Assembly: GCA_026770705.1 (NCBI GenBank)
Contig: JANJGN010000121.1
Location: forward strand, 372,001 to 436,000
Direction: 5' to 3'
Length of the DNA stretch: 64,000 nt
Source: Isurus oxyrinchus
Lineage: Eukaryota
The notes below the pieces were generated by a model that saw only the letters and a list, made by a program, of their open reading frames with translations, did not search any database and was not told the origin of the DNA. The position numbers and the translations under genes are program-made. Shown here piece by piece: positions 24,440 to 36,164 of the stretch. Within the stretch, counting starts at the first letter, position 1. Each line of letters opens with the position of its first letter.

Positions 24440-26172
24440 AACAGTCAGGGAGAGATGGACAATCCAACATGTGATCACATTTCAGAGATGTGTAAGAATA
24501 ATAAAGCAGTAATACTCAGGGATTTTAACTACCCAAATATTAACTGGGACAGCTTTAGTGAGGAAGGTAGGGTGGGAGAAAAATTCTGAAGTTGCATCCA
24601 GGAGAACTTTTTTAGCCTGTGCATAGAAAGCTCAACAAGGGAGGGGACAGTTCTGGACCTAATATATGGAAAAGCGCCGGGGAAGTTGGAAAGCGTATCA
24701 GTAGGGGAGATAGTGACTGTAACTCAATTGGATTTAGGATAGTTATGGAGAAGGATAAGTTTGTGCTGGGAATAAAAATTCTAAACTGGGGAACGGCTAA
24801 TTTTACTAAGATGAGATATGATTGGGCCCAAGTGGACTGGGAGAAGCTCTTTGCAGATAAAACTGTGTCAGAGCAGTGGGAGGCATTCAAGGAGGGAATA
24901 GCGAGAGTACAGAGCAGATATCTTCCTGTAAAGACAAAGAGGGAGACCAAGTCTGGAGAACCCTGGAAGACAAGGAACATAAAGGTTAGGATTGAGAAAA
25001 AAGAGAAGCTTATGGCAGATACTGAGGGCTAAATACAGCAGAGTCCCTAGAGGAGTATAAATAGTGCAGATGGGATCTGAAAAAGGACATTAGGAAAGAT
25101 AAGAGAGTGCATGAGAAAGCACTGGTGGGTAGAATAAAGCAAAACCCAGAGTGGTTTTTTAAATATGTAAAGAGCAGCAGAATAACTCAGGAAAGAGTGG
25201 GGCCGATTAGGGACCATCGAGGTGATGTGTGTGTGGACCTGGAAGACGTGGGTACAGTCCTCAATGAATACTTTGCATCAGTCTTCACAATGGAAAAGGA
25301 TGATGCAGGTATAACATCAGGGTGGAGGACTGTGAAATATGAGATGAAATTAACAAAGAGAGAGGAGGTACTAGTGGGTTTAGCGGCCTGAAAAGTGGAT
25401 AAATCCACAAGCCCAGATGAGATGAATCCAAAGCTGTTGAGGGAGGAAAGGGAAGAGATATCAGGGGCCCTGGCAGTAATTTTCAAATCCTCTCTGGCCA
25501 CAGGTGAGGTGCCAGAGGACTGGAGGATGGCTAATGTTGTCCCATTATTAAAAAAGGGAGGAAGGGATAGATCAGGAAATTACAGGCCAGTCAGTCTAAC
25601 CTCGGTGGTGGGGAAGTTACTAGTAAGAATTCTGAAGGACAGAATGAATCTGCACTGGGAGAGACAAGGATTAATCTGGGATATTCAGCATGGATTTGTT
25701 AAGGGAAGGTCATGTTTGACAAACCTGATCAAATCTTTTGAGGAGGTAACCAGGAGTGTTGATGAGAGTAATGCCTTTGATGTGGTCGACATGGGCTGAG
25801 GAAGGCTTTTGATCAGGTGCCTCATGGAAGAGAGGCCAAGAAAGTAAGAGCCCATGGGATCCAAGGCAAAGTGGCACGTTGGATCCAATATTGGCTGAGG
25901 CAGGAAGCAGAGGGTGATGGTGGAGGGATGTTTCTGTGACTGGATGTCTGTTTCCAGTGGGGTTCCACAGGGCTCAGTGCTGGGGCACTTGCTGTTTGTG
26001 GTGTATATAAATGAATTGGACTTTAAAGGGGGAATGATCAAGACGCAAATGGAATTCAACCTGGAAAAATGTGAGGTGATGCCCTTGGGGAGGGAGTTGC
26101 TGACCAGCATGGACATGATGGGCTAAATGGCCTCCTTCTGTCCTGTAAGTGTCTATGAGTCTATGAGTCCAT
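24440..26172 (+). mobile_element. CR1-clade LINE, 5'-truncated and internally deleted
   Basis: DFNYPNINW; VPEDWRMANVVPLLKKG...NYRPVSLTSVVGK; SGVPQGSVLG; (TCTATGAG)n tail. Confidence 0.9.
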
Positions 26173-26340
26173 GATGCACTGTCGGAGAGTCAGTAGTAAG
26201 GATGTACTGCCTGTCAGGGGTCACTTTTTACCAGTGAAACACCAATGATTTGTTGGTAAACAAAGTGCTGTATGTGGGAGCTTGCTGTGCACATTTGATA
26301 CTATTCCAGCTAATGTAGAATGAAGGGTGTTTGTACTTAC

Positions 26341-26637
26341 ATAGCACAGTTAGTACGAGGGTCCGCTCCGATGAAACAGATGGATATCTCACTCTGCAGC
26401 TGAGAGTGTGTCCGTGGTGTTTGAGTGATGGGACCAGGGTCAGAACAGAAGTATAGGTCAGAGTGACACCATGCTGAGTTACAGTGTTTGAGACTGATCC
26501 AGGTACGTCAGTGGGAGTGTCCCAGGTTAAGACAGGTGCTGCTGTTCCATTGCACGTTGTGTTGAAGGTGCAGCTTACATCCACACGCTTTCCTGCAATA
26601 ATTTCAGCAGGGAATATCGTGGGTTTATCTGTGAAAT
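26341..26637 (-). CDS. Gene B C2-set Ig domain exon
   Basis: 297 nt, intact splice sites, near-identical to gene A C2. Confidence 0.9.
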
Positions 26638-26889
26638 CTAACAGACGGAGAATGGATCCTTTTAGAGAAATATAACGTGAAGCATCAGTTCAAATAGAAA
26701 CCACAGTCCCACACGAGAAAGCACTTTTACAAGGATGATATCAGAACTGAGAGGTTGCAATGATCATTTTAGAATTGTCTCTTTTTACACTTGTTGAATC
26801 TCTGTCACTCAGATTAATACACTCTCACTCAGTGACCCTTGATTTGACCAGACTGGGTGAGGGTGGAGGAACAGCTCACAGCTCGGGGA

Positions 26890-27200
26890 GAACAGACTCA
26901 GCATTTGGAAAAGGATATAGAGACACTGGAGAGGGTGGTAAAAAGCTTCACAAGGATGATCTCAGCAATGTGAGGCTTTACCTATCAGGAGAGGATGAAC
27001 AGGCTGGGTCTCTGTTCTCTTGAACAGAGAAGGTTGAAGGGTGACATCATTTGATCTTTCAAGTAGTGAAAGGTTTTGATCGAGTAGACATGGAACAAAT
27101 GAACAAAACCAGAGGCTGACAATATACGATCCTCACTAATAAATCCAATGGGGAATTCAGGAGAAACTTCTTTACCCAGAGAGTGAAGAGAATGTGTGCT
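26890..27200 (+). mobile_element. CR1 3' fragment
   Basis: Degenerate RLGLFS/RRLKGD region and GAAACTTCTTTACCCAGAGAGTG. Confidence 0.7.
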
Positions 27201-27563
27201 TCAAGAATCACTTCATTGCCTGTGAATCGATTAAGGATCGTCCTGATGTGGTGAAAGGCGCTATAGGAATGCAAGTCATTCTGTTGTCAATTTGTGGGAA
27301 TTTAAAACAGGATTAGAGAGCTTGATAAGATTGGATAACCTGATAACATTGATGGACACACTCAATCTATTTAATCATTGATATTAAAGTGAGTATTAGA
27401 GGTTGCTTTAGGACTGAACTGGAAGCTATCACCAGGTTATTGAGAATCAGACAGTGTGTTATAATAAGCTGTGTTTTGTGTTAATATGTAAACGTCACAG
27501 TTTGTGTTATTTCCCACTGAGTGTTGGATGTGAATTGTTGAGTAATTATAACACAGCACTTAC

Positions 27564-27932
27564 CAGAAATGTGAAGCCGGGTTACAGGGTAATAGTTATG
27601 GCTCGGACCATTGTCAAATTCTATTCTGAAAAAATAAGGTCCTTCATCTTCCCGTCTGATGTTGTTTATAATCAGGGAACAGTCGCCATCTTTCAGGTCT
27701 CCAGACAGCTGGGTCCGATGGCGGAACCTTGGTAACTCGTGACTGTGATCCTTGGAGTGAAAGGCAAAGGGATTGTCGAATTTGTGTTTCTCGTTATTAA
27801 ACCAGATTCCGACTCGTGGTTGGCTTTCCAAATGTGCTGGATAACTGTAATGACACGGAATCTGTACACACGAACCTTCCTGCGCTGTCACCTCTTGTGG
27901 AGTGTCACCTTTCCACTCTTGTGACAGTCCAA
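27564..27932 (-). CDS. Gene B V-set Siglec domain exon
   Basis: 369 nt, intact; CVQIPC, GDCSL, GPYFFRIE. Confidence 0.92.
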
Positions 27933-27994
27933 CTGGGGAGAGAAATATCTATATTTAATTCTGGATCCTCAATGTCAACTGAATCTTCATTGTC

Positions 27995-28065
27995 ACGTCA
28001 TTGTCTAAGGAATCTCTTTGGATCCTCATTGTCTAAGGAATCTCTTTGGATCCTCATTGTCTAAT
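27995..28065. repeat. 28-bp tandem repeat (CATTGTCTAAGGAATCTCTTTGGATCCT), 2-3 copies
   Basis: Also near 5660-5722 and, inverted, 41455-41525. Confidence 0.8.
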
Positions 28066-28882
28066 GGATTATTTCTGATCCAAACCCCATATTGTTGTAT
28101 TGTTGATTCCGATGCAGCATTGTAGACTGACTTGTCCCCAAGCTCAGTACTGACCCTACTCCAGCAGACACTGTGAAACACACTAACAAAGCGCCTCTAG
28201 CCTGAGCTCTGCATGTGTCGAGAGAAAGACAAATATACAAACTGAATATTGACCCATTTACACACGGACAGCTTTACCTTCCTTCTCTCTTTCAGTTATC
28301 TTGCTCCCTTATTGAAGTATCTAGCAAGGTGAGAATGGACAGGAAGTGTGACACTGAACAGCCTGTCTATTCTAGGAGCTGCTGTGTTGTCTTCATGGGA
28401 AATTCTGACTAAAATCAGCAAAAGACACTAATTTCAGGCCATTGCTGTCAGACCCTCAGCATCAAGATAGACTTCATCCCCTGAATTTTGTGTCCGATTT
28501 TCTACTCAAACTTTCACCTCCCCAAACCTCCACCCCGACCCCACAAGTCACTCGCTGACCTACACTGGCTCCCAGTCCAGCAATGCCTCGATGTGATTAT
28601 TTTTACACTTGATTTCCAATCCCTCCATTACTCCGCTCCACTCCCTGTCTCTGTAACCCCCTCCAAACCTACAACCCTCTGTGATCTCTGCACTCCTCCA
28701 ATTCTGCTGTCAGACAGGGAGTCAGTGTATATCAGTGAGCACAGGGGTGATGGGTGAATGGGACTTGGTGTGAGTTTGTACACTGGCTCACTGCTGAATC
28801 GGTTCCCTATCAGAGCTCAATAAGAATTGTCTTATACAAACACTATTAACCATAAATCTGTCCAAGTTGACGATGATATTAC

Positions 28883-28922
28883 CTTGGAGAAGAGACAGGA
28901 GGAAGTAAGATTTCCCGATCAT
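28883..28922 (-). CDS. Gene B signal peptide exon
   Basis: MIGKSYFLLSLLQ, CAAG|gtaata. Confidence 0.88.
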
Positions 28923-29348
28923 CGTCCACTCTCAGGTATTTCATTGGCTCTCAAACTGTGATAGAGAAAGGAGTTAATGAGACCTCACCTCTTGTCCGAC
29001 AGCTCTCGAGAGATCAGAACTGCTTTTAGACAATGTCTTCACAGACCTAATTTGACTCTCTGTGGGATGATAGGTGCTCTGTAGAGAGTTACAAGGCTTT
29101 AAGGAAGAAAAACAACGATGAACTTGCATATCTTTAGCACCTTTCACCACCTCAGGATGCCCCAAGCTCATGTCCCTTGAGCTAGAAAGATGTTCTGTAC
29201 GACAGACTTGAGCCTCACACTCGGATCTCAATAATCAGTAGAAATCTTTCAAAGGCATCAATCATTGGAATCTGTCTTTATAAAGTCACAACATCAACAA
29301 AGGACGGTGTTGGTGGTGGAAGTGAATTCCAATCGTTCCGTTACTTAC

Positions 29349-29433
29349 CCAGGACCTGTCCGACTGCTCGCCTGGGGAGGAACTGCCCACACGCTCTGCT
29401 TGGGCTGAATGACCTCTTCCTGTGCTGCTCCCT
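29349..29433 (-). other. 85-nt putative first/5'UTR exon of gene B
   Basis: Homologous to 7366-7450. Confidence 0.6.
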
Positions 29434-29719
29434 CTGTGTATTTAATTAGAAAGGGTTGATGTGTCTCTGTGAGACAAAATGAGGAAGTCAGATCAAAGTG
29501 ACAGAGCAGCTGATGTTTTGAGTTTTTTGAAGCTGTTAACCCTTTGCGTTCTGGACTTGTGATGATATTTCTGCTCAAAAGTGGAAAGTCATTGACCAGG
29601 AATTTCTCCTGTGGGTCACTGGGTTTCGAACCCTCTCTCACTCTCTGAGTGGATGGTCACCTGTTCGAGATTCATTTGGCAAAATTCAGGCTGGCAAACC
29701 AGATCAGCACTCAGTGTCA

Positions 29720-30357
29720 GGACTGAGAGTCCTGCACAATCGGAGGGTCAGTACTGAGAGAGAGCTGCACTGTTGGAGGGTGAGTATTGAGGGAGTGCTG
29801 CATAGTCAGAGGGTCAGTACTGAGGGAGTGCTGCAAGGTCAGAGGGTCAGTGCTAAGAGAGAACTGCACTGTCAGAGGGTCAGTACAGAGGGAGTGCTGC
29901 ACAATCGGAGCGTCAGTACTGAAGGAGTGCTGCACTGTCAGAGGGTCAGTACTGAGGGAGTACTGCACTGTTGGAGGGTCAGTACTGAGGGACTGTTGCA
30001 CTGTGAGAGGGTCAGTACAGAGGTAGAGCTGCACTGTCAGAGGGTCAGTACTGAGGGAGTGCTGCACTGTCAGAGGGTCAGTACTGAGACAGAGCTGCAC
30101 TGTCAGATGGTCAGTACTGAGGGAGTGTTGCACTGTGGGAGGGTCAGTACTGAGAGAGTGCTGCACAGTCGGAGGGTCAGTACTGAGGGAGTGCTGCACA
30201 ATCGGAGGGTCAGTACTGAGGGAGTGCTGCACGGTCGGAGGGTCAGTACTGAGGGAGAGCTGCACTTTCGGAGGGTCAGTACTGAGGGAGTGCTGCACTG
30301 CTGGAGGGTCAGTACCGAGGGAATGCTGCACTGTCGCAGGCTCAGTACCGAGGGAAT
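29720..30357. repeat. 33-bp tandem repeat array (reverse orientation)
   Basis: Unit GAGGGTCAGTACTGAGGGAGTGCTGCACTGTCA. Confidence 0.95.
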
Positions 30358-30419
30358 GTAAACCGAACCCATTGGTCAACTAAAATAGTGACAAGGGTTG
30401 AATAAACTGGTGATGAGGT

Positions 30420-33120
30420 GAAAAACAAGGAAGAAAAAGCAAGGAATGAAAGCAAGCGAATTGAAATCTGGCCGTGCCTCGCACAGTGATTATAAATATA
30501 ATTTCCATCCTAATAACCGAAGCAGTCCCCTCGAAGAATGCTGCAGTTTGGAAGAGTTGATCCTTTCGACCCAACGGTGGGCGATTGGTCTCATTATGGT
30601 GAACCTCTCGCATTCTTTTTCCAAGTGAATGACATTGATGGGGAGGAGAAGAGGCGAGCGACCCTCTTATCCACGTGTGGGAGTAAGACTTAGGGATTGA
30701 TGCGAACTTTAATGCCACCCGGTGCCATGGATTCAAAAAGTTTAGATGATCTTGTGAACCTTGTGAAGATTCCTTCCCAGCCCCAGCCCTCGGTAACGAT
30801 GCAACGGTCCAAATTTAACTCAAGAAATAGAGTCCCAGGGGAGGCAGCTGCATGTTATGTGGAAATTCTGAAACAGTTAACAGGACATTGTGGGTTTGGT
30901 AAATCTATAAATGATATGCTGAGAGATCGACTGGTGTGCAGTATAAATGAAGATGTGATTCAGAAGAGATTACTGTCTGAAACAGATTTGGATATTCAGA
31001 AGGCGCTGGGAATAGTGCTGGCTATGGAAAGAGCAGTGAGGGACTCGAAAAACATATGGAGAGTGCAAAATGTCACCGTCCTCATGTTGGGTGAGGAGCC
31101 TCAGCCAAGAAGTGCGGGAAAATGTACAGCTCTGATGAGAAACGGGAAACCTCCACCACTAGCAGCAAATAAAAAGGAATGACTTAGCAGAGAAAACATG
31201 GAATAATGGGAACAGAGGTGAAGCAGACAACCTCGTAGTGAATGGAACTTTAAAAAAATCAATTGTTTTTACTGTCATCGAAACAGAGAGCCCATGAGAG
31301 ATTGCAAGGATAGAATCAGGCAGAGTTTCAATCAAGAGAGAAAACCCTGTGAGATCCATAACATAGAAGAGCCTGAAGTAACAGATTCAGATAGTTATTC
31401 ATTGTATAATTTAAAGGTAGGAAGAACAGAGCCAATCTATGTAACAGTGAGGGTGAATGATAGAGCTCTCAGAATGGGGGTGGACACAGGAGCTAACACT
31501 ACGCTAATTGGGGAGCATACTTTCAAATACTGGAATCATGGGGAAAGTCAATTAAATTTGGAAGAAACAGATGACTAATTGAAAACTTACACGGGAGAAG
31601 ACATTCAAGCCAAAGACATAAGCAGGGTTATTATACAGTATGGAAGTCAATCAGTAAAATGACCCTTGATGATGGGAGCTGGTGAGGGACCAAGCCTCCT
31701 TGGACGAAACTGGCTGAAAGATATTAAACTGGACTGGTCTGAGATCTTCCAACTGAGAGCCAGTGGGCTACCTGAGCTACTACAAAAATACATCTCAGTT
31801 TTCCAAGATGAACTCGGGGAGATCCAGGGGCTGCAAGCAAAAATTCATGTGGATCCAGACTCTACCCCTCTGATTTATGAAGGCACGGCCAGTACCTTAT
31901 GCAATGTGGGAAAAGGCAGATGCTGAATTGGGCAGGTTCTAGAAACTGGGAGGGATACAATCTGTGCAGTCCTCAGAATGGGCAGCACCAATAGTCCCTG
32001 TACCTGAGCCTGGCCAAAGTGTTTGTGGAGATGACAAGAATTGACTGGAACGGCCTACACGGAGCTGATATGAGCCATGCTTATCAACAATTGGAGTTCG
32101 AGAAGGCCTCCCAGAAGTTTGTCACAATTAATACACACAAAGGGTTGTATCAATAAACCGGTTTGCCTTTCAGAGTCTCCTCTGCAGGATCGCAGAGTCT
32201 TAATGGCACAGCAGGAGGCCATTCAGCCCATCGTGTCTATCCCAGCTCTCCAAATGAGCATCATGACCTAGTGGCACTGCCCTGCCTTTCCCCATGCCCC
32301 TGCACCTTTTCTCTATCCAAATAATCATCTAATGCCCTCCTGAATGCCTCGATTGAACCTGCCTCCACAACACTTCCAGGCCGTGCATTCCAGGCCCAAA
32401 ACTTAGTTGTGTGAAAAAGTTTTTTCTCACGTCACATTTGCAACATCAGTCATGCTAAATGTCAGCGGGAAGGTGGAAAGGAGTCCAGGAAGACAGGAAA
32501 CTGGACATGACTGGCATAGCCATGACAGGAAGCTGACCGTAGGAGAGACGGTATATGTGAACGATTTTAGAGAGGGGCCAAAGTGGTCACCGGGTGAAAT
32601 AAATGCAGCGATTGGAACTCTTTCTCACCATGTGAAAGTGGAAGACCGAGTCATATGGAGACATGTGGGTCATATAAGGAGGAGAGAAACAAAGTACCAA
32701 GAAACAATCCCACCAGTCTTCACGGCTGCGTCTATGTCTCCTGTTGAAAGAACTCAGCTGAGAACAGATGTGTCTGAAGGGTCCGTTGGACCTGCAAGAG
32801 TTGAGGAAACAGGTTTGCAGGTGTCCACCGAAGAAGCTGGTGTTGGGACAACATCAGAAAAGGAGACTCCTGACAAAGCATCTGAAGCTGTGGATCTGAG
32901 ACGTTCCAGACGCATAAGGAAACCCCCCAGAAAGACTGAATTTGTAAATTACTGATCTGTGTAAATCATCTGATACTTTGAGAAAATGGTAAAAGTAAGT
33001 GTAAAATGTATTTCTGAGTAAAGGGGGAGGGTGGTGGTAATCTGATGTGTGATGTACCTTTAAGAAGAAGGTTACAATGGAAGATAACATGAGCTCAGTG
33101 TTGTGGTGTGTTCTCAGAAT
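30420..33120 (+). mobile_element. Degenerate Gypsy LTR retrotransposon (gag, protease, partial RT, integrase tail, PPT, start of 3' LTR)
   Basis: gag MLRDRLVCSINEDVIQKRLL; protease VDTGA; SLLGRNWL; RT SEWAAPIVPV; RRSRRIRKPP; PPT AAGGGGGAGGG then TG at ~33032; most of RT/RH/IN missing, with a CR1-tail-like insert at ~32190-32430. Confidence 0.85.
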
Positions 33121-33871
33121 CAACCTCAGGCCTGGCTAAAAACAGAACTCTACCCATTACAGGGAAACCATCTTTTTTGTTCACAGTGTTAGTCACGTAC
33201 ACATTGGGTTATTTAAATTCAAATCTTGTCAGTACATAATCACATAATAAGCATATGTTCCCAGTCCCAGGTACATATCTGCTCCTTACCCAAGCAAGAG
33301 CTGTTTATCTCGTTCTAGCCTGGTGCTGTTTGCCTTTACCTTATCTGTTTACCCTCAGCATCTCTTTATGTCTCTTCTCGAGTTAATCCCTCGTGATCTT
33401 CAAGGCCTTTCTGGAGAGTTCTGCTGATGTCAGCCCCATGGTGCACAAGGTTCACCTGGAGAATTCTGCTGACCTTTGGTTTTCACTAATAGAAGTCCCT
33501 GTTTAACTCTTATATCCGTGTCCAACAGCCGAGTGGCGCAGGTACCTCAGTAGTCGGTCACCTTTAGTTAGAGCCTGTAATGCGGAGACAGGGCTTGAGT
33601 TGAAAGCACACAAGTGTAGCTGCTGAGTTCCTTTGTAAATAAGCGGAATGTGTTTCATCTAAGAACTGTCTGCTGATCTACTCTGTCTATTGTACCTACT
33701 CAGCCTCTCCAAAACAAGCCTGGATCCATAAGTCCCAACAAACTCGTGAGCAGCATCCAATAGTATCAATAATTAATGTATGTATTGTGGGTGGAATTTT
33801 TGATTTGGATCAATAATACTAAACACTGATCACTCTGATTGTCACTCTGATCATTTCTGTTTCTATTACAG

Positions 33872-33988
33872 AAGAAAGATGAGAAGGATCTGGAAATGAA
33901 ATCTAACCGCGGAGTCAGTCCTGATACAGATGATGATCTTTACGCAAACTGTGAATTTGCCGAGGATTCTGTTTATGGGAATTTATAA
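33872..33988 (+). pseudogene. Orphan copy of the gene C-type terminal exon (KKDEKDLEMKSNRGVSPDTDDDLYANCEFAEDSVYGNL*)
   Basis: ttacag|AAG acceptor, open to TAA; paralogue of 54600-54716; no upstream + strand receptor exons in the window. Confidence 0.75.
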
Positions 33989-35067
33989 ACTGAGCAAGAA
34001 TGAGACACACACAGTGTGGGGAGAATACAGAACGGGAGAATCATTCAAAACTCCAATTTACCTTCCTAATATCCACAGGAACTCACTCCCAGGAAATAGA
34101 TTTAAACCTCTTGTTACAATCTGATGGAATTTCTTCGGAATGATCTATCCAGGATGATTGTCTGTGGGTTTCAATTCGAACATCCTCCTTCAGATTTGTC
34201 CCTCACTGTTGGAAACATCCTTCTCTCCATTCTGATTGTAAATGTCTTTAGATATCGTTCGATGATGTACCAGGACAGAACGGACAAATTCAATCCCGTG
34301 TCCGTGATTATGAGTTAATTTTCATTCTGTTATTCACCTTCCTGTCTGTCAGTGTTTACAGAATATTCACCAGCCAGTGTAGACTTCAGGAAATGCAGGA
34401 TCGGTGGATAATTGGACCAGAGCAAATCCCTACAATTTATTCACCATTTTGCAGTCAAACATATGTTCAGAGAACATGTGTATTTTATGAGTTATTGTTT
34501 AATATTAGACTAATCGCAGCCTGGGAAAGGGAAACAATTTGATTGGAGAATTGGTAGACTTCCGACAACACAGAGGAAAACAGGTGTGCTACAGTGCCAG
34601 CACTGGTGGGAGGATGTCATTACAGCGTGACATGTTTACATTGATGTTGCCAATGTCATTGTGAACAGAGGGAGCTATGATGTGAAAAGTTGCTTGCAAA
34701 TGTACGTTTTTCACTGTATCCTGGATGGCTGAAACAGCTTGGACAACAGAATGAGCTAAAGCTACAACTTACAACCATTTCAGTCTTTCAGTTTTTGAAA
34801 GAACAATTAGCCTCCATCCTGAAGGCTGAGTGAATGGGCGGACTGTGCGATGTGTTACAGATTTCAGACACCAACATCCTCGATCCTGGTTCTGCTCTGT
34901 GTTTGATGAAAAGATCCTAACCAGACACATGGATAGAAGATTGGGAAAATAAATAATCCTCCTGCATTAACCAGTAACCAGTCACTAACTAAGTTAATCA
35001 TGTGAGGACAGGATTGTGTTGGAGGCCATTAACCCCAGCATCAAACACATCCTTTGGACTGGCCATT

Positions 35068-35851
35068 TACACAGAAGAAAGGAGGAGGCCCATTCAGCCC
35101 CTCGAGCCTGTTACACAGGAACAGGAGGAGGCCCATTCAGCCCCCTCGAGCCAGTTATACAGGAACAGGAGGAGGCCCATTCAGCTCCTCAAGCCTGTGA
35201 CACAGGAACAGGAGGAGGCCCATTAACCCACTTTGAGCCTGTTACACAGGAACAGGAGGAGGCCCATTCAGCCCCCTCGAGCCTGTTACACAGGAACAGG
35301 AGGAGGCCCATTCAGCCCCTCGAGCCTGTTACACAGGAACAGGAGGAGACCCATTCAGCCCCCTCGAGCCTGTTACACAGGAACAGGAGGAGGCCCATTC
35401 AGCCCCCTGAAGCCTGTTACAGAGGAACAGGAGGAGGCCCATTCAGCCCCCTCGAGCCTGTTACACAGGAACAGGAGGAGGCCATTCAGCCCCCTCGAGC
35501 CTGTTACACATGAACAGGAGGAGGCCCATTCAGCTCCTCGAGCCTGTTACACAGGAACATGAGGAGGCCCATTCAGCCCCCTCAAGCCTGTGACACAGGA
35601 ACAGGAGGAGGCCCATTCAGCCCCCTCAAGCCTGTGACACAGGAACAGGAGGAGGCCCATTCAGCCCATCGAGCCTATGACACAGGAACAGGAGGAGGCC
35701 CATTCAGCCCCTCGAGCTTGTAACAAAAGAAAAGGAGGAGGCCGTTCAACCCCTTGAGCCTGTTACACATGAACATGAGGGGCCAAGTCAGCCCCCTCAA
35801 TCCCATTACACAGGAACAGGAGCAGGCCATTCAGCCCCTCGAGCCTGTTAC
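35068..35851. repeat. 43-44-bp minisatellite
   Basis: Unit ACACAGGAACAGGAGGAGGCCCATTCAGCCCCCTCGAGCCTGTT. Confidence 0.95.
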
Positions 35852-35987
35852 ATGGGAAAAAGTTTAATCACATTCGGACACAGCCTTGGCACTCCAAGGG
35901 TTAACAGTTTGCTTTCATACTTTGACAGCAACCACCTCCCACTTTGTCTCACAGTGACACATCCACCCTTTCTCATTAAATACACAG

Positions 35988-36072
35988 AGGGAGCAGCACA
36001 GGAAGAGGTCATTCAGCCCAAGCAGAGCGTGTGGGCAGTTCCTCCCCAGGCGAGCAGTCGGACAGGTCCTGG
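35988..36072 (+). other. Extra copy of the 85-nt exon, not followed by a leader exon
   Basis: Homology to 40084-40168; following intron is cut by the 33-bp array at ~36165. Confidence 0.65.
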
Positions 36073-36164
36073 GTAAGTAACGGAACGATTGGAATTCACT
36101 TCCACCACCAACACCGTCCTTTGTTGATGTTGTGACTTTATAAAGAGAGATTCCAATGATTCAC

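Noticed and set aside
33930-34318. Short ORFs duplicated at 54658-55046
   Set aside because: Alternative frame and 3'UTR of the terminal exon, shared only through recent duplication
35068-35851. CRISPR-like appearance of the 44-bp and 33-bp arrays
   Set aside because: Head-to-tail repeats with no unique spacers, no cas genes, spliceosomal eukaryotic context
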